DNA of 64,000 bases from Anaplasma sp. (GTDB taxonomy: Bacteria > Pseudomonadota > Alphaproteobacteria > Rickettsiales > Anaplasmataceae), in contig JBQEQW010000012.1 of assembly GCA_052043535.1 (NCBI GenBank), forward strand, positions 21,560-85,559, in the 5' to 3' direction. Position numbers and translations under genes: made by a program. Positions 18,668 through 28,972 of this stretch are shown here, piece by piece (position 1 is the first letter of the stretch; each line of letters begins with the position of its first letter). A model generated the notes under the pieces. That model saw only the letters and a program-made list of their open reading frames with translations. It did not search any database and was not told the DNA's origin.

Positions 18668-19003
18668 ACTTTGGATCTGGATTCAACGCAGTCCGCAGAT
18701 TTAGTCTTTCCGGGCTCCACAACAACAGGCTCGCGGTATTACTGCACGTTTTCCGCGTATCTGTTCGTTTAAAATTTAATATTCCGCACCTACACGGACA
18801 CTACTGGTTACTTTGTACGGGATTGGGGATCTTGCACGCGACAGTGCCCGCATGTGGTAGAAGTTAGATGTTAGAATCGACCCATAAACCTTTCAAAATC
18901 ATTACAAATGGACCCATTCTTCGGTCTACAGACTAACTTATGGTGTTTACATCAACTTGCGAAAGTAGTAGTATGCCAGCTGGCCTTTACTTTTCGTGCG
19001 CCG

Positions 19004-20230
19004 ATGTCCTTGAACGTTTATCTGCCCGACCAGTCCACTGTACGTCCCAGGATAACCGTCTTGGGTGTGGGAGGTGCCGGCGGAAACGCCGTGAATAACA
19101 TGATACAGTCATCTCTGCAAGGGGTCAACTTCATGGTTGCCAATACAGATGCGCAGGCACTTGACTGTTCTCTCTCGGAAAAAAAGATCCAGCTGGGAAT
19201 GACCCTCACAAAGGGACTGGGTGCGGGTTCCCTGCCGGAGGTAGGAAGAGGGGCCGCGGAGGAATCCATAGATGAGATCATGGAGGAGATTGCGGATAGC
19301 AATATGCTCTTCATAACCGCAGGCATGGGCGGTGGCACAGGAACTGGAGCCGCTCCCGTGATAGCGAAAGCCGCGAAGGAAAGCAAGATTCTGACCGTGG
19401 GGGTGGTCACCAAGCCCTTCCACTTTGAAGGCGCGCACAGGATGAAGACCGCGGACATTGGGTTGGAGGAGCTTCAGAAATACGTAGACACCCTTATCAT
19501 CATACCAAACCAAAATCTATTCAGGCTCGCCAACGAGAATACAACTTTTGCTGATGCGTTTAGACTTGCCGACACGGTGCTGCATACTGGGGTCAGAGGC
19601 ATTACGGACCTCATGGTGATGCCGGGTCTGATCAATCTCGACTTTGCTGACATAAAGGTCGTGATGAGCGAGATGGGGAAGGCTATGATGGGCACCGGGG
19701 AGGCCGAGGGAGAGCACCGCGCGGTTGTCGCAGCCGAGGCGGCGATTTCCAACCCTCTTCTTGATAACATATCCATGAAGGGCGCAAGGGGGATTTTGAT
19801 CAACATAACCGGGGGACTGGACCTTACGCTATTTGAGGTGGACGCGGCTGCCAACAGGATCAGAGAGGAGGTTGACGATAACGCCAACATAATTTTCGGC
19901 TCTACCTTCAGTGAAGAGAGCAGCGGCAAGATAAGAGTTTCCGTCCTCGCAACTGGCATAGATTGCGGCACCCCAGCACCGGCCCACGGGCATGCTAATA
20001 TTCACAACAGGCAGCTTCAGCGCCAAGTCCGCAGTCCTTTCGAGCTCAGGGGCGAGCTAGGCGCAGAGGGTAGCGAGGCGGTGACCTACTATAGACCGAG
20101 TCTTCCTGAGGAAGATGTGCTGAGCGGCGTCTGTCCCAGTGCAAAGCAACCTCAGAGTGCCCCTCCTTTCAACTGGGGAAGTGAGGAGTTCGATATACCA
20201 GCGTTTCTTCGGAAAAAAGAGAAGTTGTGA
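19004..20230 (+). CDS. ftsZ: cell division protein FtsZ
   Basis: [13 protein letters not shown] and the tubulin signature [11 protein letters not shown]. The ORF opens at 18908, but the ATG at 19004 ([10 protein letters not shown]...) gives the normal N-terminal length. Confidence 0.95.
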   Translation: MSLNVYLPDQSTVRPRITVLGVGGAGGNAVNNMIQSSLQGVNFMVANTDAQALDCSLSEKKIQLGMTLTKGLGAGSLPEVGRGAAEESIDEIMEEIADSNMLFITAGMGGGTGTGAAPVIAKAAKESKILTVGVVTKPFHFEGAHRMKTADIGLEELQKYVDTLIIIPNQNLFRLANENTTFADAFRLADTVLHTGVRGITDLMVMPGLINLDFADIKVVMSEMGKAMMGTGEAEGEHRAVVAAEAAISNPLLDNISMKGARGILINITGGLDLTLFEVDAAANRIREEVDDNANIIFGSTFSEESSGKIRVSVLATGIDCGTPAPAHGHANIHNRQLQRQVRSPFELRGELGAEGSEAVTYYRPSLPEEDVLSGVCPSAKQPQSAPPFNWGSEEFDIPAFLRKKEKL

Positions 20231-20313
20231 GGTCGCCAGACGCTGTTTCCTGGAAATTGCGGAGTGGTGTCCGGGCGGCGCGAAAGGACTGTACGGAAAC
20301 GTGACTACGGCCT

Positions 20314-20778
20314 GTGATAGAGGTTAGCGTGTACGCAAAGGGCTGGTGTAAGTTTGTGAGCCGCCCCAGGGTGTTTGCGAAAAACGTCATCAGACTGTGC
20401 TTGTCGGAACTCGATGTTGCGAAGTATAGGCCAAGAGTATTCATTGTGCTTGCCGGAGACGCTCTGCTCAAAGAGTTGAACTATCGTTATCGGAAAGTCA
20501 ATAAGACCACCAACGTCCTCTCTTTCAACTACGAGGATCTAGCGCCAAACTGCTGTCTGGGAGAAATCTACCTGTCAATAGACCAAATAGTGCTCGAGGC
20601 GCGAGAAATGGAGATAGAAGTAACCGCCCATTTCTCCCATATGCTCATACATGGCATGCTTCACATATTGGGGTATGATCATGATGAGCATGCAGCACAA
20701 GAAGAAATGCAAAGCATAGAAATAAAGCTCTTGGAAAAACTTGGGATTAGCAATCCCTACGTTTCACGTGAAACTTAG
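20314..20778 (+). CDS. ybeY: rRNA maturation endoribonuclease YbeY
   Basis: The HGMLHILGYDH metal-binding motif, with a GTG start. Confidence 0.85.
   Translation: MIEVSVYAKGWCKFVSRPRVFAKNVIRLCLSELDVAKYRPRVFIVLAGDALLKELNYRYRKVNKTTNVLSFNYEDLAPNCCLGEIYLSIDQIVLEAREMEIEVTAHFSHMLIHGMLHILGYDHDEHAAQEEMQSIEIKLLEKLGISNPYVSRET
20760..20775. promoter_or_regulatory. parS-like centromere site
   Basis: cGTTTCACGTGAAACt has a 14-bp perfect palindrome and matches 14/16 positions of the TGTTTCACGTGAAACA consensus. It lies in the last codons of ybeY, ~80 bp upstream of parA. Confidence 0.6.
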
Positions 20779-20801
20779 CTGTAAGCCGTTTAAAAAATCA
20801 A

Positions 20802-20829
20802 GTGACAACACGGGGTGTTGTCGTATAAT
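20802..20829 (+). promoter_or_regulatory. putative sigma-70-type promoter for parAB
   Basis: GTGACA, then a 16-nt spacer, then TATAAT. The spacer contains a 7-bp-stem hairpin (gacaaca cgggg tgttgtc). GGGGAG lies 8 nt before the parA ATG. Confidence 0.35.
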
Positions 20830-20852
20830 CTCGGGTGGCGGGGAGTGTATCG

Positions 20853-21668
20853 ATGAACAAAGTCTTTGCGATTGTGAACCAGAAAGGTGGTGTGGGGAAG
20901 ACTACCACCAGCATCAATTTGGCTACCGCATTTGCCGTTGTAGGGAAGCCCACTCTTCTGTTGGATCTAGATCCCCAAGGGAATAGCAGCAGTGGTTTGG
21001 GCCTCCCTGCGTCTGCACGGTCACCCGACATATACAGAGTCCTGGTCGATGGAGTGCCGATATGGGGGTGCATCAGGGAGACTTGCATACCAAATTTGTC
21101 AATAGTACCTTCGACTATAGACTTAGCAGCCGCGGAGCTAGGGTTGGCGCAAATGGAGTCAAGGGAGTTCGTCCTCAAGAGTCGTCTGTCGTGCGTGAAT
21201 AAGTATGAGTATATTTTCGTGGATTGCCCGCCCTCGTTGGGCTTGTTGACTATAAATGCATTGGTTGCGGCGCACTCCGTGATCATACCAATGCAATGTG
21301 AGTTCTTTGCATTAGAAGGTCTGAAGCACTTGATGAACACTGTACACCTCGTGAAAAAGCGCCTTAACTCCTCGCTGTCAATAGAGGGGGTCTTGCTTAC
21401 GATGTACGACCGAAGGAACAACTTAAGTGAGCAGGTGGAGGAAAATATACGCTCGCACCTGAAGGAAAATGTATATAAAACCGTAATTCCCAGGAATGTG
21501 AGGCTCTCTGAGGCCCCGTCCCATGGAAGGCCGGCAATAATCTATGACTACAAGTGTCCGGGCTCTCAGTCCTACATACATTTAGCAAAGGAAATTCTGG
21601 CACAGTTGAGCAAAAATCGTGAGCGATCGGTAGTGGAGGGCAGGTTGATTACGGAGCATAAACAATGA
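20853..21668 (+). CDS. parA: chromosome partitioning ATPase ParA/Soj
   Basis: The deviant Walker A motif NQKGGVGKTTT. The ATG at 20853 lies within the ORF that opens at 20835. Confidence 0.9.
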   Translation: MNKVFAIVNQKGGVGKTTTSINLATAFAVVGKPTLLLDLDPQGNSSSGLGLPASARSPDIYRVLVDGVPIWGCIRETCIPNLSIVPSTIDLAAAELGLAQMESREFVLKSRLSCVNKYEYIFVDCPPSLGLLTINALVAAHSVIIPMQCEFFALEGLKHLMNTVHLVKKRLNSSLSIEGVLLTMYDRRNNLSEQVEENIRSHLKENVYKTVIPRNVRLSEAPSHGRPAIIYDYKCPGSQSYIHLAKEILAQLSKNRERSVVEGRLITEHKQ

Positions 21669-22495
21669 AAAGGTCTTTGGGTAAGGGAATTCTGGAGCTT
21701 ATGGGTGAGGGGAGCAGCGAGCATCCGACGCTTTTGGACGCAAGCGCAGAGTCTCCTGTGAGCATTAAGGTCAACTTGCTACGTCCCGGTAAGTTTCAAC
21801 CTAGACAAAGCTTCGATCAGGAGTCGATACAGGAGTTAGCACGTTCTATAGCGAAAAACGGGGTCCTACAGCCTATTATCGTCAGAAAGGATGCCGTAGG
21901 CAGCAGGTACGAAATAATTGCTGGGGAAAGACGGTGGAGGGCTAGCATCGCTGCCAGGCTTACAGACACTCCTGTGATTGTCAAAAATGTCAGTGATAGG
22001 GAGTGCCTGGAGATCTCTATCATAGAAAACATACAGCGGGAAGACTTGACGGTATTGGAAGAGGCTGAGTCATATAGGAAGTTGATAGAAGAGTGCAATC
22101 ATACACATGAAAGTCTGGCAGCTGTACTCGGAAGGAGCAGGAGTCACGTGACCAACATTTTGCGGATCCTGTCCTTGCCGGATTCCGTGAAACGGATGAT
22201 CAGCAGTAGGTCAATATCTTTTGGCCATGCCAGGTGTTTGTTGAATGTGGAAAATCCAGAGGAGCTTGCGGACAAAATTTTATCTTCCAGCATGAGCGTT
22301 CGGGAGACCGAAGTGATGGTTAGGAACTTACACAACGCAGGGGGCCAGGTGCATGCGGTGACACATATTGCAAATTTTCTGCCGGGCAGGCTAGATACTG
22401 CCGTAACTGTGAAGAGAAGCGGCAGGAAAGTCACCATAAGTTTCCGCAGCGAGGAAGAATCCGAGAAATTTCTGACGATGATGCACAAGCTTTGA
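21665..22495 (+). CDS. parB: chromosome partitioning protein ParB/Spo0J
   Basis: The ParB box IIAGERRWRA and an HTH region. Overlaps the parA stop by 4 nt. Confidence 0.9.
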   Translation: MKRSLGKGILELMGEGSSEHPTLLDASAESPVSIKVNLLRPGKFQPRQSFDQESIQELARSIAKNGVLQPIIVRKDAVGSRYEIIAGERRWRASIAARLTDTPVIVKNVSDRECLEISIIENIQREDLTVLEEAESYRKLIEECNHTHESLAAVLGRSRSHVTNILRILSLPDSVKRMISSRSISFGHARCLLNVENPEELADKILSSSMSVRETEVMVRNLHNAGGQVHAVTHIANFLPGRLDTAVTVKRSGRKVTISFRSEEESEKFLTMMHKL

Positions 22496-22558
22496 TCCTT
22501 CCTACTCCTTTGCGTTTACGATTGATGCGCACAGATTTAGAGTGTAGAATCTGGCGCT

Positions 22559-23092
22559 GTGCAAGGGGCGATAGGAAGTCTGAATATTGGTATGGTGCTT
22601 GTGGGGCTTGTGCGTGCACCTCATGGTGTTAGAGGGCACATGAGGGTTAAGATGTTCGTTGAAGATCGTGCACTCTTGTCGGCGTACGGTCCCCTGACCG
22701 ATGGGCAACATCACTTCGACGTGGTCGCGGTGTCTATGTTGGGTGATACTGACGTTGCTATTGTAAAATTTGGAGGCGTTGACTCCAGAGAAGCGTCGGA
22801 GCTATTGAGAAACAGGCGCCTTTATATTGCAAAGTCAAGCCTACCCGAACTCGCGGCGAACGAATTCTACGAGAGTGAGCTCATAGGGGCTGTGGCGAGA
22901 CTCGGGGATGGTGCATTTTATGGGACAGTTACCGGCACTTTCAACTTTGGGGCATGTAATATCGTAGAGTTGGCTACGGGTTCGGGTAAGGTAGTGATGT
23001 TGCCCTTCGTGGAGTCAGTTTTCCCGGTGGTTGATGTTGGAACAGGCACGGTGACAGTTGTGCCCCCCGAGGTGATCGGTGCCAGTGCATGA
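22559..23092 (+). CDS. rimM: 16S rRNA processing protein RimM
   Basis: [16 protein letters not shown] (the RimM N-terminal barrel motif) and a PRC-barrel C-terminus. The start may be the ATG at 22592. Confidence 0.8.
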   Translation: MQGAIGSLNIGMVLVGLVRAPHGVRGHMRVKMFVEDRALLSAYGPLTDGQHHFDVVAVSMLGDTDVAIVKFGGVDSREASELLRNRRLYIAKSSLPELAANEFYESELIGAVARLGDGAFYGTVTGTFNFGACNIVELATGSGKVVMLPFVESVFPVVDVGTGTVTVVPPEVIGASA

Positions 23093-23784
23093 TCTTCAAT
23101 GTACTTACCATATTCCCCACAATGTTCCCCGGACCTTTGGCGTATTCAACGATCGGCAATGCGCTGAAGAAGGGCTTGTGGTCCTTGAATGTGATCGACA
23201 TAAGATCCTTCGCCCTGGACAAGCATTCAACCGTTGATGATCGCCCGTACGGCGGTGGGCCGGGAATGCTAATGCGGGCCGATGTCCTTGGTAGATGCGT
23301 GGACAGCGTTTTGGAGGCCTACCCGGACACTAAGCTCATATACACTTCCCCAAAAGGTATACAATTCGACCAAGATATGTCTAGACAAGCCGCCCGTTTT
23401 GGCAATATAACCTTACTCTGCGGTCGGTTCGAAGGTATTGACGAGAGGGTCGTCGACTTCTATGGGTTCCGGGAGGTCAGCATAGGTGACTATGTGATTT
23501 CCGGGGGGGAGTTGGCTGCCATGGTGGTCATCGATTCGTGCGTCAGGGTGGTGCCTGGGGTTATAGGGAATGCGGAGAGTCTGAAGAGTGAGAGTTTCGA
23601 CAACGGGTTGGAGTATCCACAGTATACTAGACCTGCGGAGTGGAAGGGGCTTTTAGTGCCTGACGTGTTGCTGGCGGGAAATCACAAAGAGACTGAAAGT
23701 TGGAGGCGCAAAGCATCGCGGGGGACCACTAAAAGTAGGCGTCCCGACCTGCTGAGGCCGCATGAAGAACATGAAGGGGATTGA
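23089..23784 (+). CDS. trmD: tRNA (guanine37-N1)-methyltransferase
   Basis: [21 protein letters not shown] and [10 protein letters not shown] motifs. Confidence 0.9.
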   Translation: MIFNVLTIFPTMFPGPLAYSTIGNALKKGLWSLNVIDIRSFALDKHSTVDDRPYGGGPGMLMRADVLGRCVDSVLEAYPDTKLIYTSPKGIQFDQDMSRQAARFGNITLLCGRFEGIDERVVDFYGFREVSIGDYVISGGELAAMVVIDSCVRVVPGVIGNAESLKSESFDNGLEYPQYTRPAEWKGLLVPDVLLAGNHKETESWRRKASRGTTKSRRPDLLRPHEEHEGD

Positions 23785-23786
23785 AG

Positions 23787-24191
23787 ATGAGTAATTTGCT
23801 GGAAAGATTCAACAGGAGACAGATAGAAGCCATGGGGGGCATAGGGAAGCCCCACTTCCTGCCTGGAGATACGCTGAGAGTCGGGGTAAATGTTTTTGAT
23901 GGCGTTAGCTGGAGAGTACAAACCTTTGAGGGGGTCTGTATAAAAAAGCGCAACAGAGGCCTGCATTCGTCTTTTACTCTCCGTAAGATCAGCCATAATG
24001 AGAGCGTGCAGCTCCAGGTCTTCCTTCACTCTCCGAACCTGAAGTCCATGGAGGTCGTTAGGTATGGCAAGGTGCGTAGAGCCAAGCTGTACTACATGCT
24101 GAAATTGTTCGGTAAGGCAGCGAGAATCAAGGAAGTCAAAGAATCCCGCAAAAAGAAGGCAGGGGCGGGGCCTCCTCAGGGAGCTCCCTGA
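23787..24191 (+). CDS. rplS: 50S ribosomal protein L19
   Basis: The GDTLRVGVNV...RVQTFEGVCI pattern. The ATG at 23787 follows AAGGGGA. The ORF track opens at TTG 23781. Confidence 0.9.
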   Translation: MSNLLERFNRRQIEAMGGIGKPHFLPGDTLRVGVNVFDGVSWRVQTFEGVCIKKRNRGLHSSFTLRKISHNESVQLQVFLHSPNLKSMEVVRYGKVRRAKLYYMLKLFGKAARIKEVKESRKKKAGAGPPQGAP

Positions 24192-24208
24192 GGAGGCCAT
24201 CCACCCCC

Positions 24209-24745
24209 CTAGGTGGAATGTTGGGTCACGGTGGTGTAGATTAGGTCCAGCGCACTTTCTGCTGCCATTTCCTGGATCTTGTGTCGTGGTAAGTGGCCGA
24301 AGTGGTGTGGCAGGACGAGGGTTTTCGCTCCGGCTTTTGCAAGCCCTATGCATACCGTTCCTACCGTGCCTTCATCGTGTTGGGGATGTACATGGCTTTC
24401 AGCATCTGTGATAGACCCTGCCGTACCTGTGATTGAGACTACAAGGTCTACGTAGTTTGTTAGCGCATCTAGTGCGCCTTCAGCCATCATTCGGGCAATT
24501 TCTTCGCTGACAACCCCGTACTTCTCAATTTCCCGTTGGGGAATACCAAGCAGCAGGGTTTTGGAAGGAGTAGCATATGTAACCATCGAACAAAATAAAA
24601 CTTCGGACGCTCCAGGAACACCGGAAAGGGCAAACGAGAGCAATCCGCCTGTGCAGGATTCGGCGCACGCGATCTTCGTGTTCTGCTTTCGCAGGTACCG
24701 GATGCAGGCTGTTGCTTTCTTGATCAGTGTGGAAAGAGTGACCAT
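24209..24745 (-). CDS. cinA: CinA-family protein (nicotinamide-nucleotide amidohydrolase PncC domain)
   Basis: The ACAESCTGGLL motif and overall CinA C-terminal domain layout. Confidence 0.8.
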   Translation of the reverse strand: MVTLSTLIKKATACIRYLRKQNTKIACAESCTGGLLSFALSGVPGASEVLFCSMVTYATPSKTLLLGIPQREIEKYGVVSEEIARMMAEGALDALTNYVDLVVSITGTAGSITDAESHVHPQHDEGTVGTVCIGLAKAGAKTLVLPHHFGHLPRHKIQEMAAESALDLIYTTVTQHST

Positions 24746-24816
24746 ATAAAGGCTCGCTACAGAACGTGAATGGAATTATTATATAGCCAGAAGTTCTCCA
24801 TTGGAGGCCCTTGTCT

Positions 24817-26727
24817 ATGATAAACATTACTGCCTCTTTTCCGGAGAAGACGTCGGCGCAATTTCACGCCTGCACCACGGGTTTTGAGGTAGTGACCACC
24901 ATGTTTGCGGACATTGCGGAATTTGTGGTTGCGTTGTCCGTGGACGGGGCTATACAAGACCTGTCCCGCCCTATTAGTAACGATAGCACGGTAGCTCCTG
25001 TCACAGCAGAAAGCCCGACGGGGTCGGAGATTATACAGCACGACGCAGCCCATGTCATGGCAAGAGCAATTAGGGAGTTATTCCCCGACACTAAGTTGGC
25101 AATAGGGCCCACTATTGAGAACGGATTTTATTATGATATTGACCTTGCGCACGCTCTTTCGGAGAAGGATTTCACGGCTATAGAAAAGCAAATGGCAAGT
25201 ATCATCAACAAGGATGAGTCATTTGTACGTGAGGTGTGGACAAAGAAGCGAGCTGTTGAGTTTTTTTCCGATTTGGGGGAAATTTACAAACTGGAAATCA
25301 TATCCGGTCTCCCGGAAGCTAGCGAGATAACGGTCTACAGGCACGGAGAGTTTGTCGACTTGTGCCGGGGGCCCCATGCTCCTTCAGCACGGTATATAAA
25401 GGCCTGGAAGCTTACAAAAATTTCCGGAGCCTACTGGCGTGGAGACTCAAAAAACAAAATGTTGCAGCGTGTTTACGGCACCGCATGGCCTAGTCAGGAC
25501 GCACTTGCGAAGCACATAGAGGCCATCCAGGAAGCGGAGAGAAGAGACCACAGGAAAATCGCCAGGGAATTGGAGTGGTTTCATATACAGAACGAGGCGC
25601 TGGGCCAGGTGTTTTGGCACAGCAAGGGGTGGACTTTATACTTGACTATTGAAGAGTATCTCAGAAGAAAGCTGCGCGAGCACGGGTACCAGGAAGTCAA
25701 AACCCCGATCATACTCGACAGAAAATTGTGGGAGAGGTCCGGACACTGGGAAAAGTTCAAAGAAAACATGTTTGTTGTAGAGGATGAAAAAAGGGAAGCG
25801 GCAATAAAGCCGATGAATTGTCCCTGCCATGTGCAGATCTTCAAATCGAGAATCAGGAGCTACAAGGAGCTTCCTATGCGCATGTCGGAGTTTGGTACGT
25901 GTCATAGAAACGAGCCCTCTGGGTCGCTTTATGGGCTCATGCGGGTTCGTGGGTTCACCCAGGACGACGGGCACATATTCTGTACGCGCGAGCAAGTCAT
26001 GGGTGAGGTTCTAGCATTTCACAAACTACTGACAGATGTATACAGAGATTTCGGCTTTAATGATGTGATCGTGAAGCTCTCTGACCGCCCAGAAAACAGA
26101 ATCGGGTCAGATGAGATGTGGAACGCATCTGAACAAGCGCTTATTGAATCCCTGAACAGAGTGGGTGTGGAGTACACAGTCAACAAGGGAGAGGGTGCTT
26201 TTTACGGCCCGAAGCTGGAATTTGTGCTCAGGGATGCGTTAAACAGGGAATGGCAGTGCGGCACTGCACAGTTGGACTTTGTGCTACCAGGCAGGTTGGG
26301 GGCTTTCTACGTCGGAGAAGATGGCAAGAAATACAATCCAGTCATGATCCACAGAGCGGTACTGGGAACGGTTGAGAGATTTATAGGCATTCTAATAGAG
26401 CACTACGCAGGAAACGTTCCAGCCTGGCTCGCGCCCGTGCAGCTAGAAATATTAACGATCAATCAGGCAGTACATGAATATGCTCAAAGCCTGGCGGACA
26501 TGGTGTCAGAGCAAAGCATACGAGTGGTGCTGAACTCGATGGGAGAGGATATAGGCCACAAAATACGTCAATCCATTTTTAAGAAAGTGCCCGTAGTATG
26601 GGTCGTGGGGGAACGTGAGGCTAGTAACGGGTTTGTGTCAATGAGGCGTTACGGGTCAAGAGAGACTTGCCGAATGGCCGCCGGTAAAGCGTTGAAAACG
26701 TTATTGACTTGTGTTAGCATGCGCTAG
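24817..26727 (+). CDS. thrS: threonine--tRNA ligase
   Basis: TGS, editing, class II core and anticodon domains are collinear. The ATG at 24817 (MINITASF) has GGAGG 9 nt upstream. Confidence 0.95.
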   Translation: MINITASFPEKTSAQFHACTTGFEVVTTMFADIAEFVVALSVDGAIQDLSRPISNDSTVAPVTAESPTGSEIIQHDAAHVMARAIRELFPDTKLAIGPTIENGFYYDIDLAHALSEKDFTAIEKQMASIINKDESFVREVWTKKRAVEFFSDLGEIYKLEIISGLPEASEITVYRHGEFVDLCRGPHAPSARYIKAWKLTKISGAYWRGDSKNKMLQRVYGTAWPSQDALAKHIEAIQEAERRDHRKIARELEWFHIQNEALGQVFWHSKGWTLYLTIEEYLRRKLREHGYQEVKTPIILDRKLWERSGHWEKFKENMFVVEDEKREAAIKPMNCPCHVQIFKSRIRSYKELPMRMSEFGTCHRNEPSGSLYGLMRVRGFTQDDGHIFCTREQVMGEVLAFHKLLTDVYRDFGFNDVIVKLSDRPENRIGSDEMWNASEQALIESLNRVGVEYTVNKGEGAFYGPKLEFVLRDALNREWQCGTAQLDFVLPGRLGAFYVGEDGKKYNPVMIHRAVLGTVERFIGILIEHYAGNVPAWLAPVQLEILTINQAVHEYAQSLADMVSEQSIRVVLNSMGEDIGHKIRQSIFKKVPVVWVVGEREASNGFVSMRRYGSRETCRMAAGKALKTLLTCVSMR

Positions 26728-26755
26728 TCCCTTTGTTGTGGTTTGTGGGTTAAAG

Positions 26756-27286
26756 GTGGAGAGGAAAGGACCAAGAATTAACGAGCTGATAACCGCCAAA
26801 AAGGTAAGGCTCGTCGATGAGCATGGTTCCATGGTTGGCGTGGTGGACATAGAAGAAGCCATTGCTACAGCTAAGGAAGCAGACTTAGACCTGGTTGAAG
26901 TGGTAAGCGAGGGAGAGTTCCCAGTATGCAAGATATTCAACTATAGCAAGCAGAAATACACCAGGAAGAAATCCGGGGTAGGACCCAGAAAGCAGAAGTC
27001 CACCTCCCTCAAGGAGCTGAAGTTCAGACTCAACATCGAGGATAATGACTACAACATCAAGCTCAACAACCTGAAAGGGTTCATAGAGAAGGGTAATAAA
27101 GTGAAAGTGTCAATACGGTTTGTAGGACGCGAGCTCCAATACAAAGAAGTGGGGCTGGGCATCTTGGACCGTCTGGTGACTGACACGGAGGGGGTTGCTA
27201 AGCCCGAGTCGTCTCCCAGAATGGACGGCAATGTGATGAGTATGGTTTTTGGCAGCAAGGGCGGAGGTTCTTCTTCCCTGCAATAG
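26756..27286 (+). CDS. infC: translation initiation factor IF-3
   Basis: RINELITAKKVRLVDEHG...DLDLVEV...PVCKIFNY. There is no in-frame ATG. GTG 26756 is the best-placed start, and the ORF opens at 26711, overlapping the thrS end. Confidence 0.85.
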   Translation: MERKGPRINELITAKKVRLVDEHGSMVGVVDIEEAIATAKEADLDLVEVVSEGEFPVCKIFNYSKQKYTRKKSGVGPRKQKSTSLKELKFRLNIEDNDYNIKLNNLKGFIEKGNKVKVSIRFVGRELQYKEVGLGILDRLVTDTEGVAKPESSPRMDGNVMSMVFGSKGGGSSSLQ

Positions 27287-27760
27287 CGCTTTTTCCACCA
27301 TGTAGAAGTGTTGAGATTCTCCGGTTATCGTGTCCCCGCTTGGAGTTCGCACTCGGCTGCAGCGTTGCTTCCTGCACGGCCTTTTCCAGAGACTTTGCCT
27401 GCGGGCGCGCGCCCTCTCACTACCTCCTTCCCCGCAGCATATAAAAGGCCTCGCCTAAAATTGTGCAGGTTTATCCACTAGTTGTCCGGTTTTATGTTGT
27501 CTCGCTCGTGCTCACGTCAACCCAACGAATTAGTATCTACCACTGCGCTAGCAGAGCTTTTACGCATAGGGATACCTCCCTTGTTTTCTACCGTACCAAT
27601 TTACACCCACGCTGGGATTGTTGCCTAGCGCCCCCCAGCTACTCTAGAAGTTGCTCCCGTTGCCGCTTGCTGACCCACATAGCAGGGCAATTTCGAGTTC
27701 CCCATTGGCCTTTTATGTGACAGTTAGCGGCCCCTGCGCAGCCAACTTCTATATGCCTCT

Positions 27761-28255
27761 TCATTTCTCTGCAGCGGCGTAGCCCACACCTTTTTGAGCC
27801 TGTAGTTGCTGTTTATTCCAAACGATGGTTAGATCCCGCGTATTGCCCCCGTCAACGGCGTGAGTGATCCCAAGTTTGACATCAAACTTCATGGTATCCG
27901 CAAGCACTTCTGGCCACTCTACCAGCACCAAATTCCCCACCAAGACATCAAATATGCCAACCTCCAGCGCCTCCCCAACAGAAGAGACGCGATACAGGTC
28001 AACGTGGTACAGGAGAAACCCCGAGCATTCGTACTCATGAATGATGCTAAAGGTCGGGCTGCCGAGAAAGTCAGCACCGGAGAGGGCAGAAATCACCTCC
28101 TTACAGAACGCGGTCTTCCCAGCACCTAGGTCACCGCTTACGGAGACCACCATGTCCCTGCCAAGCGCGCGAGAGAAGGCGCGAGCCACCCCACCCAACG
28201 CACCCAAGCCCAGGCCACGGTAGCGCTGCTCCCACTTCCACCCCATCATGCGCAA
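27761..28255 (-). CDS. tsaE: tRNA threonylcarbamoyladenosine biosynthesis protein TsaE
   Basis: The P-loop GDLGAGKT and YjeE-like size. Confidence 0.8.
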   Translation of the reverse strand: MRMMGWKWEQRYRGLGLGALGGVARAFSRALGRDMVVSVSGDLGAGKTAFCKEVISALSGADFLGSPTFSIIHEYECSGFLLYHVDLYRVSSVGEALEVGIFDVLVGNLVLVEWPEVLADTMKFDVKLGITHAVDGGNTRDLTIVWNKQQLQAQKGVGYAAAEK

Positions 28256-28270
28256 ACGTCAGGGATGGAA

Positions 28271-28972
28271 CTACCTGCGGTCGCCCATCAGGTGCAAGAG
28301 ACTCAGGAAAATGTTGATGTAGTTAAAGTAGAGGCTAGTAGCCCCCATGACGGCCATCTTGCTGGAAGTCACCTCAGAACCATCGCTAAAGCGGTAGTAC
28401 ATGTCCTTTATCCTCTGCGCATCAAAGGCGGTCATAGCGGTAAACACCACTACAGCAATTAGAGACGTAGCGAAATGCAGCGCCCCGCTCCGCATGAATA
28501 AGTTCACGATCGAAGCAAGGAGAAGACCAATTACCCCCATGAACAGGAATGTTCCAAACCTGGACAGATCCCTTTTCGTAACATTACCGTACAGGGCCAT
28601 GACTCCAAACATAGCGGAGGATATGAAGAACACCCTTGCTATGCTATGCGCAGTGTACACCATGAACACATACGACAAAGAAAGCCCCATCAGGGCGGCA
28701 AATCCAAAAAACACGCATACGACTGCCTGCACACTCATGCGATGGAGCCTAGCAGACATGAAGAACACCACAACAACTGGTGCCAGGGAGACAATCCAGT
28801 GCAGGGGAGTCCCGTACAAGGCGTTCATCAACCCAGGGGACAAGGAAGTAATCAGAGCGACAACACCCGTGATTCCCAGGGCCGCAGCCATGTAGTTATA
28901 TACTTTTACCAAGTAGTTCCTCAGCCCCGTGCAATAGTAGGCGCTTTGAAATTGGGCACTGTAATCGTTCAT
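28271..28972 (-). CDS. Bax inhibitor-1/YccA family membrane protein
   Basis: 233 aa, 7 predicted TM helices, and the charged C-terminus typical of BI-1/YccA. Confidence 0.85.
   Translation of the reverse strand: MNDYSAQFQSAYYCTGLRNYLVKVYNYMAAALGITGVVALITSLSPGLMNALYGTPLHWIVSLAPVVVVFFMSARLHRMSVQAVVCVFFGFAALMGLSLSYVFMVYTAHSIARVFFISSAMFGVMALYGNVTKRDLSRFGTFLFMGVIGLLLASIVNLFMRSGALHFATSLIAVVVFTAMTAFDAQRIKDMYYRFSDGSEVTSSKMAVMGATSLYFNYINIFLSLLHLMGDRR

Noticed and set aside
18677-18688. ctggattcaacg, which resembles the tmRNA 5' element CUGGAUUCGACG.
   Set aside because: There is no adjacent GGGG acceptor strand, no T-arm/CCA piece upstream as expected for the permuted alphaproteobacterial ssrA, and no plausible tag reading frame.
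18629-18719. RNase P RNA-like motifs: acagaacc at 18629-18636 and tccgggctcca at 18709-18719.
   Set aside because: The order is the reverse of what RNase P RNA requires. The universally conserved GGAAAG preceding UCCGGGC is absent (it reads agtctt here). This looks like a chance resemblance.
27517-27567. 16-codon mini-ORF with a strong SD (minus strand).
   Set aside because: It is too short to support as a gene from sequence alone. It is mentioned within the spacer finding only.
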